DNA of 64,000 nt from Octopus vulgaris (lineage: Eukaryota), in contig OX597828.1 of the NCBI GenBank assembly GCA_951406725.2, positions 17,050,001-17,114,000 on the forward strand, in the 5' to 3' direction. Shown one piece after another: positions 38,456 through 53,237 of this stretch. The stretch's first letter is position 1, and each line of letters opens with the position of its first letter. A program made the position numbers and the translations under genes. The notes below the pieces were generated by a model that saw only the letters and a program-made list of their open reading frames with translations, was not told the DNA's origin and searched no databases.

Positions 38456-39035
38456 GGCGGCGTGCTGGCAGAAACGTTAGCACACCAGGCGAAATGCTTA
38501 GCTGTATTTCGTCTGCCGTTACGTTCTGAGTTCAAATTCCGCCGAGGTCGACTTTGCTTTTCATCCTTTCGGAGTCGATAAATTAAGTACCAGTTATGCA
38601 CTGGGATCGATATAATCGACTTAATCCGTTTGTCTGTCCTCGTTTGTCCTCTCTGTGTTTAGCCCCTTGTGGGTAGTAAAAAAATAGGCATTTCGTCTGC
38701 CGCCACGTTCTGAATTCAAATTCCGCCGAGGTTGACTTTGCCTTTCATCCTTTCGGGGTCGATAAATTAAGTACCAGTTACGCACTGTGGTCAATATAAT
38801 CGACTTAATCCCTTTGTCTGTCCTTGTTTGTCCCCTCTGTGTTTAGCCCCTTGTGGATTGTAAAGAAGTAAGTATTTCGTCTGTCTTTAAGTTCTGAGTT
38901 CAAATTCCGCCGAAGTCGACTTTGCTTTTCATCCTTTCGGATTCAGTAAATTAAGTACCAGTTGCGTACTGGGGTCGAATAATCGACTGTGCCCCTCCCC
39001 AAAAACTTTGCCCTTTGTGCCTAGAGTAGAAAGGA
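38456..39035 (+). mobile_element. Family D SINE trimer (184-bp period); first two units end in a Tx1-like tail
   Basis: Units start at 38505, 38689 and 38873 ([T/C]ATTTCGTCTG). Units 1 and 2 end TTTGTCC[C/T]CTCTGTGTTTAGCCCCTTGTGG....TAAA; unit 3 ends with the ordinary D tail. Confidence 0.85.
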
Positions 39036-39429
39036 ATTTTTTAATGAATTTTGCGTCTTTCACACGATAAACGATATATTGAGCTCCTTTTGTCATGAAG
39101 CGTCTTCTCGCGTCATCACTCAGGTAGCATGTGGTTTGTTTTCTCAGCGAAATACTTGAAGAGAAATGATTATGCTGAGATGCTACAAAAATGGTATTTT
39201 CAAATTTTCGATGATGGCTGCTGTCTTATTAAATTCGATGTTTAATACCGCTCCTTTCACCCATTGTCTCTTGTATTTATGGTCAGATGTCGGTTATGAT
39301 ATCATAATTGGTCTACACGTTCTTTAAAAATAAGAACCATAAATTGCAACTGTATATAGGCATCTTTACATATACATATGCATACACACACATATATATA
39401 TATATGTATGCATATATGTATATATACAT

Positions 39430-39944
<515 letters not shown>

Positions 39945-40562
39945 ATATATATTCATATATATATACACGAATACATACATACGTACGTACATACATATAT
40001 GCATACACACATACATGTATAATAAGGTGTTTATGGTATGAAATATGAAGCGGATAGTAAAATATCTTCATTTACATATTGATATATTTTCAGAGGGACA
40101 GACATTTTAAAGACCAGATAAATATCTTTGAATTTTAGCAAACTGACATCTGTTTACTAAACAATTATAAAGTTTGCTATAATGTTAGTTATAAGTCCAG
40201 AAGATCAAATACAGAGAAGGAAAAAGCAAAACAACTGAAGTTAGACAGAGAAATGATCTATTCTGATACAGGAGTACGGTAGCCAAATTATTCTATCTTT
40301 TCAGATATGTCTACTAAACTTCATATCTCCAGAGTAATTTGAGTTCGCTTTCATATTATTTTTTACAAATACCGCATTTTCTTATCACTAGTGACGTAGG
40401 CTACGCGTTTCTACCAGACACATCTAATTCTCCTCTCTGCATTTGTAATAGCTTGGGTGAAAATGGAACGTCTGTGAAACTCGGGCACAAGAGATATCAC
40501 GATAAGTATTTTTTATTTCACGGCATTCGATTTTTGCTTTTGTTTTTCATCGATGTAAACTC

Positions 40563-40845
40563 TGTTTCTTTATTAGCCACAAGGGCCCAAAAGAGAGGGG
40601 GACAAACAAGTACAGACAGGACACCACAGAGAGGACAATGCATAAAATGAATATGAATGAGATGGTTATATAACAAAGAGGTTATGAATGGCTGCATGCG
40701 CCCCTCATCACATGCAGGACCATTAATCTATTTTTTCAGTCCATTTTTATCATGCATTTACATAACAACCAACCATCGTGCTACACACCATAGCAAGTAT
40801 TTGAACCGCTATATACATCCTCTATAATTGTTCTTCTATTTTTCA
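40563..40845 (-). mobile_element. Short retroposed insert ending in a Tx1-like 3' tail, with 16-bp target-site duplication
   Basis: Minus strand ends TTTGTCCCCCTCTCTTTTGGGCCCTTGTGGCTAATAAAGAAACA. Direct repeat TCATCGATGTAAACTC at 40547-40562 and 40846-40861. Confidence 0.7.
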
Positions 40846-41299
40846 TCATCGATGTAAACTCGGATACATAAACACAGAGAGAGAAGGAAAAATTAAAGAA
40901 AGCGGCAGTTCCCGACTATTTTCGTTTCGCTGTGGACTCGTTCAGAAGCGGAACCTAAACTGGTTACATAAGGTTGCGAAGAAACCTCTTAACGAGACAC
41001 CAACGTCTATGACCATAGTTACATTATTACAGCCTTAATTAAACCATCGTTAGATTTAGATATCTTTCAGGCGGATCTGATTCTTAAAGACGTTCGAACC
41101 ACAAGCATTCCATTTGTTCTCTTTCACATACAGTGTATCTGGGACAAACATTAACGAACGTGTTTTTCCTTCTTTAAGATGTCAGAGAGAGATTTATCAT
41201 TGTTTGATTTCACTTTTTCAATATCAGTGTCAAATCGACACTGGAAAAAGTATATGTATTTGTGAAGGGATCTGACTTCTCATCGACAACCATGATTGT

Positions 41300-41344
41300 C
41301 ACACGCTGATGAAAGGTAAACACCTTGATACTCGGGTACGTGTG
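41300..41344 (+). ncRNA. Type I hammerhead ribozyme motif (one core substitution)
   Basis: CACACG-CTGATGA-AAGG-TAAACA-CCTT-GATAC-TCGG-GTA-CGTGTG: stems I, II and III all pair; GAAA core reads GATA. Confidence 0.7.
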
Positions 41345-42217
41345 TATCATGTGTTGAAGACGGGGAGGATGACTCCCCTTCACAAATACTGAGAGGACAC
41401 AGATAGTGTGTCTATAGCCAGCTGGAGGAGATATCTTCCTGGGGCTACAAACTACAGTAGCATCCACCCTTATGGGTTAGCCATATTCAAATGGCAAATA
41501 TGCATCAAGATTTGAATATTGTTGTTAAAATATATAGCAACTACGTATGGTTTCTTTCACTTTTGATTTTATTTAACCATCGGCTACCTCTGTCAGATCA
41601 AACCGACAACCAAAGTCATAGTAGCCGTTAACAGCCTGTATGTTTTTAACAAATATATTGTTCAAAGTGTCCATTTTTGTAAAGCGGTGCAGATTTACAA
41701 TGTTGTTTTACGAATCGGTGGCTACTTCCTGTAGCTTGATGTACAAAATGTCTTGCGATGTTTATAGATCTCAGATCAATTTTCACACTGTCATCGATAT
41801 TTGCTTTATATTACAACCTCGATTAAGAAGCTCAATGAAGCAAACATTGAATAGAGCAGTATCATTCGAACCAGTGAGCTGTCATTGCGATCGTTGTTTA
41901 GCTTGAAATTACAGTGTACGGTAGCTTTGTCATTACAATGCTCAATCAGCTGTGATTTGCGAACCACTATTGAGCTGCATCACATCGCAAGAGATCGCAT
42001 CCAAGAGATCGCATCGCGTTCGTGTGCTGAGCGGCACAGACACTCGTGCTCGATACCGCCCACTGACGACGACCACCTCTGCCGGCTTCTTGTAGAACCT
42101 TGCTTCCTTACGCACCAGAAGACGGCTTTGCGCAACAACGGCGGCGATTTGTCATGCACATAATGCACGGGCACGCACATTATTATTATCATTATTATTA
42201 TTATTATTATTATGATC

Positions 42218-42346
<129 letters not shown>

Positions 42347-43367
42347 GAGTTAGAGAGCAGTGCATGAAATCAAATTGATACTGGGGTAAAATATGCGAAG
42401 CCCAGTATACCCATCACAACGACGGCCTTTGGCATGCGGCATATCGACCACCGCCGCCGTGTGCAAGTGTGACATTTGAGTGTAAAGTATTTACGTAATT
42501 ACAATGCCCTATCAACTATGATTTGCGAACCACCACTGAGCTGTATCGTTATAACGACAGCCGAGGTGCAACGTTAAGACCATCGCTGAGCTGTGCCCTT
42601 GCTACATCGGAGCTTCGTCTTTACAACCAACACAGAGCGGCGTTACCCCAACCACCGCTGGGGTTTGCTTTTAACGATTACTACTGACCTGTGTCATTAT
42701 GTGCCACTGAGTTCTGTATTTACGAACGTTGCTGACCGTTGTCATTATAACCATCGCTAAATACTCTTACGATAAACATCCTGAAGCTCTTCATTGCATC
42801 CAACATTGAGATGTATCATTACAACAATCATTGTGTCGTGTCTTTAGGGTTCAGCTGGGTCGTATCCTCTGAACGGCCGCTCAGCTGTGTTATGATGAAA
42901 TAGAAATTAGTTAAATAATTTAACATATGAAATAAGTAATAGTTAAGTACTAGAAGTGACAAAAGGGATTGGTTCCCATCCACAATTTTTTAGTCATGTA
43001 GTCTATGGATTTTTAGTATCATTTCGTACCTATGTGTACCGCGGGATAACAATCTGGTTAGAGTGCCGAAGGCAAAAGTTATATTATGCGATGTAGACTG
43101 AGACAGACTGCGGTAATAGGATGGATGGCCGAGGGAGGATAGCCAAAGACAAACGCTATTAATCGAAGGTGAATTTTGTCATGGATGAGTTAGGTTTAAA
43201 GACATTTTGTTTTGGATTATATATAAAAAATATGATTTGTTGACTTCTCAGTGAAATGATTTTTAGATATGTAATAGAATGAAAGTGTACAATTAAACTA
43301 TCAACAAGTTATAATTAACTATTCGCTATCTTCATAGTTAAGTAATTGGTCAATTATCATGGATAAA

Positions 43368-43597
43368 AATCATCGTCATCATCATCGTCATCATCATCGT
43401 CTTCATCGCCACCATTTATCATCGTCTTCGGCATCGTCATCATGACCATTATCATCATCTCTTAATATCATCATCATCATCATCAGCATCGCCATCATCA
43501 TCAACATTGTCATCGTCATCGTCGTCATCATCGTCATCATCATCATCATCATAATCGTCACCATCATCGGCACCATCATCATTATCATCACCGCCAT

Positions 43598-43640
<43 letters not shown>

Positions 43641-44131
43641 GTTGTCGTCGTCAACCATAGCAAAATTCACGTACGATTAATAGCATTTGTTTTGGTTGTC
43701 CTCCATCGTCATCATCAACATTATCATCTCCACGACGATGACGACCACCACCACTACCACCACCACCACCACCAACACCACCGCCACCACCACCACCACC
43801 ACCACCACCACCACCACCACTACCATCACCACCATCGCTTCCTCATCACCTTGGCACCATCATCACTGCCAGCATAACCACCATTATCAGCAGTAGCGCT
43901 ACAACTAACACCACCACCATAATCATAATCATCATCATCATTGTCCTCACCAGCATTACCACTACCATTGCGACCATCACTAGTACCGTCACCCTCCACT
44001 CCCCCAACATAACCATGAGTCCCAATTCCAACGCTGTCCACACCACGACACGTGATATTCACTACCATCAATACGACTACTGTCATCATCATCATCATCA
44101 TCATCATCGTCGTCGTCATCACTATCATCAC

Positions 44132-44162
<31 letters not shown>

Positions 44163-44626
44163 GTCATCTTCGTCGTTAGTCGTCTGCTTTTCTAGAATTG
44201 TATCGTTTATGTCATAATAGCTGTGTGTCGTTCATTCATTGTGATCTTTAAATCACGTTGTTTTTTTTTTCAAAAAATCTAGTTTTCTTAATTTCACTGA
44301 AAATTGTGATTGAAAAAGAAAAAAAAAGAAAAAAAGGAAAAGAAAAATACAGAAAAATATCCAATTTTCGTGTAAGGGTAATTTGAGCAATGTAGGATGT
44401 TCTGTTGTGGCATCAAGCATCATCATCATCATCATTATCATCATCACCCATCCCACCACCACCACTATATCGACATCATCATCAGCATCATTATCATCAT
44501 CATCACCCATTCCAGCACCACAACCACTACATCATCATCATCATCATCGTCACCCATTCCACCACCACCACCACTACATCAACACCAACAGCAGCAGCAG
44601 CATCATCATTAACATCGTCATCATCG

Positions 44627-44671
<45 letters not shown>

Positions 44672-44718
44672 CCGTTGCCATTGTCATCATCGTCGCCGTC
44701 GTCGTCGTCGTTGTCATT
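43368..44718. repeat. Large (CAT/CAC)n trinucleotide low-complexity region
   Basis: Directly visible runs of CAT, CGT and CAC. Confidence 0.9.
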
Positions 44719-45397
44719 AAATAAGACCGCACCCTCTAATCAATTTGTCTAATTGCCCGAGTTCTTATTTAATGACGAAGCTGTAGAAAATGGAGTTGAA
44801 TTGCATTCATATTAACGCTGAAGACACTCCTTCGTCGAAGAAAACAATTAAAGCAGGTGTAAAAGATAGCTGAGGAGAGAAAACAATAACCAATGTTGAA
44901 ATATTTCTCCGGCAAGAAGAACAACAACGAGCGCAAATATAACTAAATATTTCTGCAGCGAGAAGAAGAAGAACAAAAACAATAATATAGCTAAAATATA
45001 GAGATATTTAGAGCCGATATGAATAATCAATCAAACATGTACGGCTGATGACAATGAAAATCATTTATATGTCGTGTTTATTTTTTTACTTCCAGACAAA
45101 ACCATGTAATATAAAAGGTTAACGTTGTAACAGACGTGGGGGAAACTAAACGCAGTATATTACTGGTATATTTCTTTTATGAACAGTCTGGTGTAGTATC
45201 TAGACTATGGGTGATAAAAGGATAATGATGTGTAACCATAGGCAATTGGTTGCTGGCGTGGCTATGTGACAAGTTGTTTGCTTCTCAACTGCATGGTTCA
45301 GTCCATCTGCATAACATTTTGACCAATTACCTTTTACTCTAGTCTCAGGGCGAACAAACTAAATAAAGTACTAAATAATAAATTATTATACACTATT

Positions 45398-45556
45398 GGA
45401 GTGGCTGTGTGGTAAGTAGCTTGTTTACCAACCACATGGTTCCGGGTTCAGTCCCACTGCGTGGCACCTTGGGCAAGTGTCTTCTACTATAACCTCGAGC
45501 CGATCAAAACCTTGAGAGTTGATTTGCTAGACGGAAACTGAAAGAAGCCCGTCGTA

Positions 45557-45591
<35 letters not shown>

Positions 45592-45820
45592 GCGTGTGTA
45601 TATTTGTGTGTCTGTGTTTGTCCCCCAAGCATTGCTTGACAACCGATGCTGGTGTGTTTATGTCCCCGTTACTTAGCGGTTCGGCAAAAGAGTCCGATAA
45701 CATAAGTACTGGGCTTACAAAAGAATAAGCCCTGGGGTCGAGTTGCTCGATTAAAGGCGGTGCTCCAGCATGGCCGTAGTCAAATGACTGAAACAAGTAA
45801 AGGAGTAAAGAGTAAAGAGT
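45398..45820 (+). mobile_element. SINE family A
   Basis: Same blocks as other copies; tail (AAAGAGT)n. Confidence 0.9.
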
Positions 45821-45881
45821 ATTTATGTATTACTTCGTATTTAAGTATATCATTGTTGAATTGCTTCATGGTAGTTCTCTA

Positions 45882-45924
<43 letters not shown>

Positions 45925-46125
45925 GGGAGAGTTCACGAAAAAAAAAAAAAAAGACGAAGACAGGTGGTGTACAAAACAAACCGATATAATAGTATAACGC
46001 TCAGGTATTGAAAATTTTTTTACGTTCCGAGCCTACGCTCTTCAACAGAAAGGGACACAGAAAAAAAAACAAGGAGAGAAACAAAGAGAGAAAAAAATAT
46101 GTGTTTAGTGGCTACCGATCTGTCA
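45925..46125 (-). mobile_element. Interspersed repeat next to (TA)n with a minimal hammerhead-like motif (Penelope-like end)
   Basis: Homologous to 52379-52546; minus strand reads CTGTTGAAGAGCGTAGGCTCGGAACGT. Confidence 0.5.
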
Positions 46126-46134
46126 TGGTGATAT

Positions 46135-46202
<68 letters not shown>

Positions 46203-47063
46203 ATGTGTAACGTAATAGTTTAGAAAAATCCCATTGGCTTCATATAGATGTATATATATATATGCATGCATGCATGTATCTATGTATGTATGTATGTATG
46301 TATGTATATGTGCTTGTTTGTGTTTGTAGTTTTCTGCAGAGGGTATCTAAATCGTAGTCTAGCTTAACACAACTAGCTAGTTGTTGGTTACTTTTAGAGG
46401 AGTGTGGTATGTGGCAAGCATTCGAAACTTCGAAAGCCTAGGGCCAAGAAGATACCTTCATGCACTGCAGTACCTCCATTTCTCTTCGCTTTAGTGCTCT
46501 TCTGTGTCTCTCTCTTACTTTTTGAAGACCGACAAAATGTAATTTGTGTTGTCATTTTACTGGATCATATCCGTTAGCACAAAGCAAGAATGCAAACATA
46601 TACGGCAGTTAGTTTTCATCTATGAACACCAGGAAATAAAACTTGAAACCACAGGGAAACGTTTTTAACACATGCGACAGTGCAATTGGTAGTCAGTTAT
46701 TAGTTTAAACTTACAAGCGAGCTTCAACTCCTACGTTGTTGCTTCAAGGCATTGCGTGGTATCGAACTCAGAGAAGTAACACAAAGCAGAAATTCGTTTC
46801 ATCCTCCTCGTTCTAATGATCCCGCTAAATGATATTTCAAAGAAGTTTGGTTCTCGAAATCAAGTCATCATTTATATTCAATGAAATGATTTTCCTTCCG
46901 AAAGTAAAATTTAAAAAAGTAAAGAAAAGGAAAGGAAAGATGGCGACCGAGAGAAACACTGGAATTGGCAAAGATATTAGTATTAGAGAATTCAATAGTA
47001 ATTCTTCACTTGCCTGTCAAGTGGTTTTCTTCTGCTCAAGGTAAGCGAGGAAAAGAAAACATT

Positions 47064-49140
<2,077 letters not shown>

Positions 49141-49651
49141 GAAGAGGAATAAGCTCTAAGGTCTACGTTTTGGACTTATTCTTTTTATTATGATAATCAT
49201 ATTGGCGTCCATCTTTAAATGTTGGAAGCCATTGGTAAGGAATCCTCATGATTCAGCTATTCAGTTATTCTGTACAACCTAGCGATATTGTTGGATTTCT
49301 TTTTGAACTTTTCCTTTGTAACATTTAATGATATGTGATGAGCCGAAAGTAAAAGTTTGAAGCTTACAACGGTAAATGTTTCGGTTATTTCAATTACAGT
49401 TTACATCATATATTTAAAGATTGTCATAAATTTGGCATTGGCATGACTTTGAAGACAGACCTGCTGGGTGATGGCTTACTCAGATCTATATGGTTACTTC
49501 ATCGTCGTCGTCATCATCATATTCATCGTCATCATCATTGCATCATCGTCGTCGACGTCGTCCTTACGTCATTATTCGCATCATCATCGTCGTCGTCGTT
49601 GTCGTTGTCATCGTCTCCAAGTTTTTATTCGCATCATCCTCGTCCTCGTCG

Positions 49652-49690
<39 letters not shown>

Positions 49691-49981
49691 CTATCATCGC
49701 ATCGCTGTCGTCTTGTCGTAGTCGTCGTCATCTTCATTATTGCTGTCGTCGGCGTCGTCGTCATCACCGTCATCATTAAAACCACAATCACACCACCACA
49801 TCCAACACCGCCGCCGCCGCCACCACCACCATCAACACCACCACCACCAGCACCACCACCACGAGCACCACCGAGCACCACCACCACCACCACTACCACA
49901 ATCACCACCACCACCACCTCCGCCCTCCTCCACCATTTTCTACATTCGCCACAGTATAATTTTAGTCACTTCGCCTGTTAC

Positions 49982-50159
49982 TTTTAGCTGGCCGCCAAAC
50001 GTGTACGTTGAGGCCTTGCATGGTTTCCCTGTTATAAGTTTGTACATTCCCGTGGTGGATAAGATGGAAGGAGATGATTGAGTGTGGTTGTATGGAAGCT
50101 GAAGGATTAGCACGCCTGGTTGGACATTCAATATAGTTTGGCCACGGTACACTTCGGGG
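49982..50159 (-). CDS. Candidate internal exon of an unidentified host gene
   Basis: 178-nt high-complexity island between microsatellites, bounded by acceptor TTTCTCTGTGTTTATCTCCAG and donor AAA|GTAACA. Open in two frames, e.g. PEVYRGQTILNVQPGVLILQLPYNHTQSSPSILSTTGMYKLITGKPCKASTYTFGGQLK. Confidence 0.45.
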
Positions 50160-51895
50160 CTGGAGATAAACACAGAGAAATATACGCACACGCACAGACA
50201 CATTCTCTCTCTCACACACACACAAACTCACGCAGACACACTCAATCACATACACACACAAAGACAAACACACATGCGCACGTACGGTCTTGCCCGCACA
50301 TACATGCATACGTTGAAATAAATACATGGAGGTAGAAAGAGTGAAAGATTAACGTTACAAAAATAACAAGAAGCACTCAGACAGAAACAGGAGAGACAGA
50401 GAGGTAGAGAGACAGAAGGATAAAGAGACAGAGAAAGGAGAGAGGGGAAAGAAAGAAAGAAAGAAAGAAAGGGCTAGAAAACAGGGTGAGAGGAAGGGAG
50501 GCACAAAGAGAAAGACAGATGAGAGAAAGGATGTGATAAAGGGAGTGAGGGTGAAGAGAGAAGGGGAGAGGAAAAGTAGAGAGACAGAAAGAGTGAGACA
50601 GAGGGAGAGCGAAAGAGAGAAATATCAAAGTATTTGATGTTAGAGAATTCATCGTCCAATCAGCAATGCCAAACAGTAGGCGCCAAAACGGCAACGCCAA
50701 ACAGTCGGCGCCAAAACGGCAACGCCAAATCGTCTCATGCTTTATTTTTACAGATATCATAAGTGTTATTTTTACAGATATTATGAAGACAGACTGGAGA
50801 GAGCAAAAATTAAAAGGACAGCATTCACGGACTGCTGTACGCTTCCTACTGTCTAGTTTGACGCCATCTTTATCTACACGTTATTTGCGATATCACTTCG
50901 GAAGATCTGTGTCTCGAAAATTAACATTCTTATGTAACCTTTACTCCATTTATACCCAGTTTTCAACATCTCAAAGTCTGACATTTTACACAACAGCCAT
51001 GCTGTGAGATTAAACATGCAGCATATTCTTTTCTCTAGCATACCACTTCATTTTTTCTTTCCATTTGTACTTCGTTTCGTTGGTTTCCAACTGGCTTATT
51101 AAGTCATGCCTTAATGCATGTTAAAAAATGCGTGGATTATTTCTCGTTACTCTTAGATTTCTCGTGTTAATTACAAAAAGAAGTAAATTGGAATGAAAGC
51201 AAAATTTAAAAAAAAAAAGATTCCTCTTAATTATTCTAGTTCATCTCTTACCTTGCAGTCACATTTTCGCTCGTCTAATTGCACCTATGTTAATCTTCAT
51301 TCAAATCTTCAAAACTGTATTCATGCGATGATTCACGGATTCCTTTGAAGTGTGTCTAGAGAAAGAAAGCTATAACCTGAGTTTATAGCCTACACCCACG
51401 TAACGCTGCAACGATATATAAATATAAACTCCATGTTAATCACTGCGAACACAACGACAGTGGAATATTCTAAATTGTACCTGATCTTCATAAAGGATTT
51501 TATTATTATAGCAGCTGACCTTAATTTCCTCGTCATGCAGAGTTACATGATTGTATATCCGGCCTTCTCTTAGGACTTTCCGGTGTCTTCAACGACTTTG
51601 TAGTAGCAACAGTCACTTATTCTTCGCGGAAACAACAAGAATCCGTAAACCATAGAAATGGGTGGAAAAAGCTACATGTATATACATATGTACATGTATA
51701 TAGCTGCCTGCTTACACATATGTATTGGCATACACCACGCACACAATCATATACAAACGTGTGTGTGTATGTGTGTGTGCTTATATATGTACATACCCAG
51801 TATTTAATTTTTGTGGTACTAATTCATATATAATCTCCAATATGTGGGTGTTTATGTGTGTATTTTCATGCATATATGCATATACGTATATATAT

Positions 51896-51960
<65 letters not shown>

Positions 51961-52311
51961 AAGTAGATAAATGAATTATCTTATTACGGATTATTCAAAT
52001 GAAACCGATACCTGGGTAGCAAAAATCACAACAGAAAAAGCACGGTTGAGGTTACGACCATGGGGCCTAAAATCCGTGCCTTAGTGCGGAAATTTGTAGT
52101 TTTATATATTTAGTGTAGGAAGAAATGGAGCTGAACGAAGATTTAACAAAATTCCTTTTTATTATTTTCTACACATGTTTCAAAGGCTGCAAAGTCCCTA
52201 ATTCGGATTGAATAAGGAGTCGATTTTGCAGCCTTCTCTTCAGGAAAATCCAGGAACTTAATTCTCCAAAAAAATGCACAGCAAGCTTTTCGACAAACGC
52301 TCACGTGGAGC

Positions 52312-52378
<67 letters not shown>

Positions 52379-52380
<2 letters not shown>

Positions 52381-52546
52381 GGAGAATTAAAAAAACAAAA
52401 AACAAAAGACGAAGACATGTGGTGTAGACAACAAGCAGATGTATAGTTTAAAGCTCGGGAAGTGAAAAGGTCTTTAACGTTTCGAGCCTACGCACTTCCA
52501 CAGAAAGAAACAAGAAGAGAAAATAAATGTGTGGTGATTAGCGATC
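52379..52546 (-). mobile_element. Second copy of the same Penelope-like repeat
   Basis: Minus strand reads TCTTT-CTGTGGA-AGTGCGTAGGCTC-GAAAC-GTT-AAAGA. Confidence 0.5.
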
Positions 52547-52859
52547 TGTGTGTGCGTGCGTGTGTCTGTATGTGTGTGTGTGTGTGTCTGTGTGTGTATG
52601 TATGTATATATACAATTGTTTACATTCATCTAGTATATTCGATTATATATCAACCCACGTTTTAAAACATTAGCACTGTTTACAACAAAGATATACTTCT
52701 TTAATATACATTCAGGGAAACTAACTCCCGCTGTTTAATGCTTCAATCATTTTAAAACAATAACGTAAAAAAAAGTGATTCATTGAAGTCACGACAACAT
52801 TCGCACATTAGTGTGAAAACTGGACAAGGTAGACTTACATAGATATATGTATGTTGTAT

Positions 52860-53231
52860 GGAAGCACTCCGTCGGTTACGACGACGAGTGTTCCGGTTGA
52901 TCCGAATCAACGGAACAGCCTGCTCGTGAAATTAACGTGTAAGTGGCTGAGCACTCCACAGACACGTGTACCCTTAACGTAGTTCTCGGGGATATTCAGC
53001 GAGACACAGAGAGTGACAAGGCCGGCCCTTTGAAATACAGGTACAACAGAAACAAGAAGTAAGAGTGAGAGAAAGTTGTGGTGAAAGAGTACAGCAGGGG
53101 TCACCACCATCCCCTGCCGGAGCCTCGTGGAACTTTTTAGGTGTTTTCGCTCAATAAACACTCATAACGCCCGGTCTGGGAATCGAAACCGCGAGTCCGC
53201 TGCCCTAACCACTGGGCCATTGCGCCTCCAC
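52860..53231 (-). mobile_element. SINE family B, full length with 14-bp TSD
   Basis: Reverse complement of family B; TATGTATGTTGTAT at 52846-52859 and 53232-53245. Confidence 0.9.
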
Positions 53232-53237
53232 TATGTA

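Noticed and set aside
38505-39035. CRISPR-like or satellite interpretation of the regular repeats
   Set aside because: Units are 184-bp SINE copies with no unique spacers; eukaryotic context and no cas genes.
46940-47046. ATG-initiated segment ending at a strong donor AAG|GTAAGC
   Set aside because: Peptide not recognisable and no partner exon identified.
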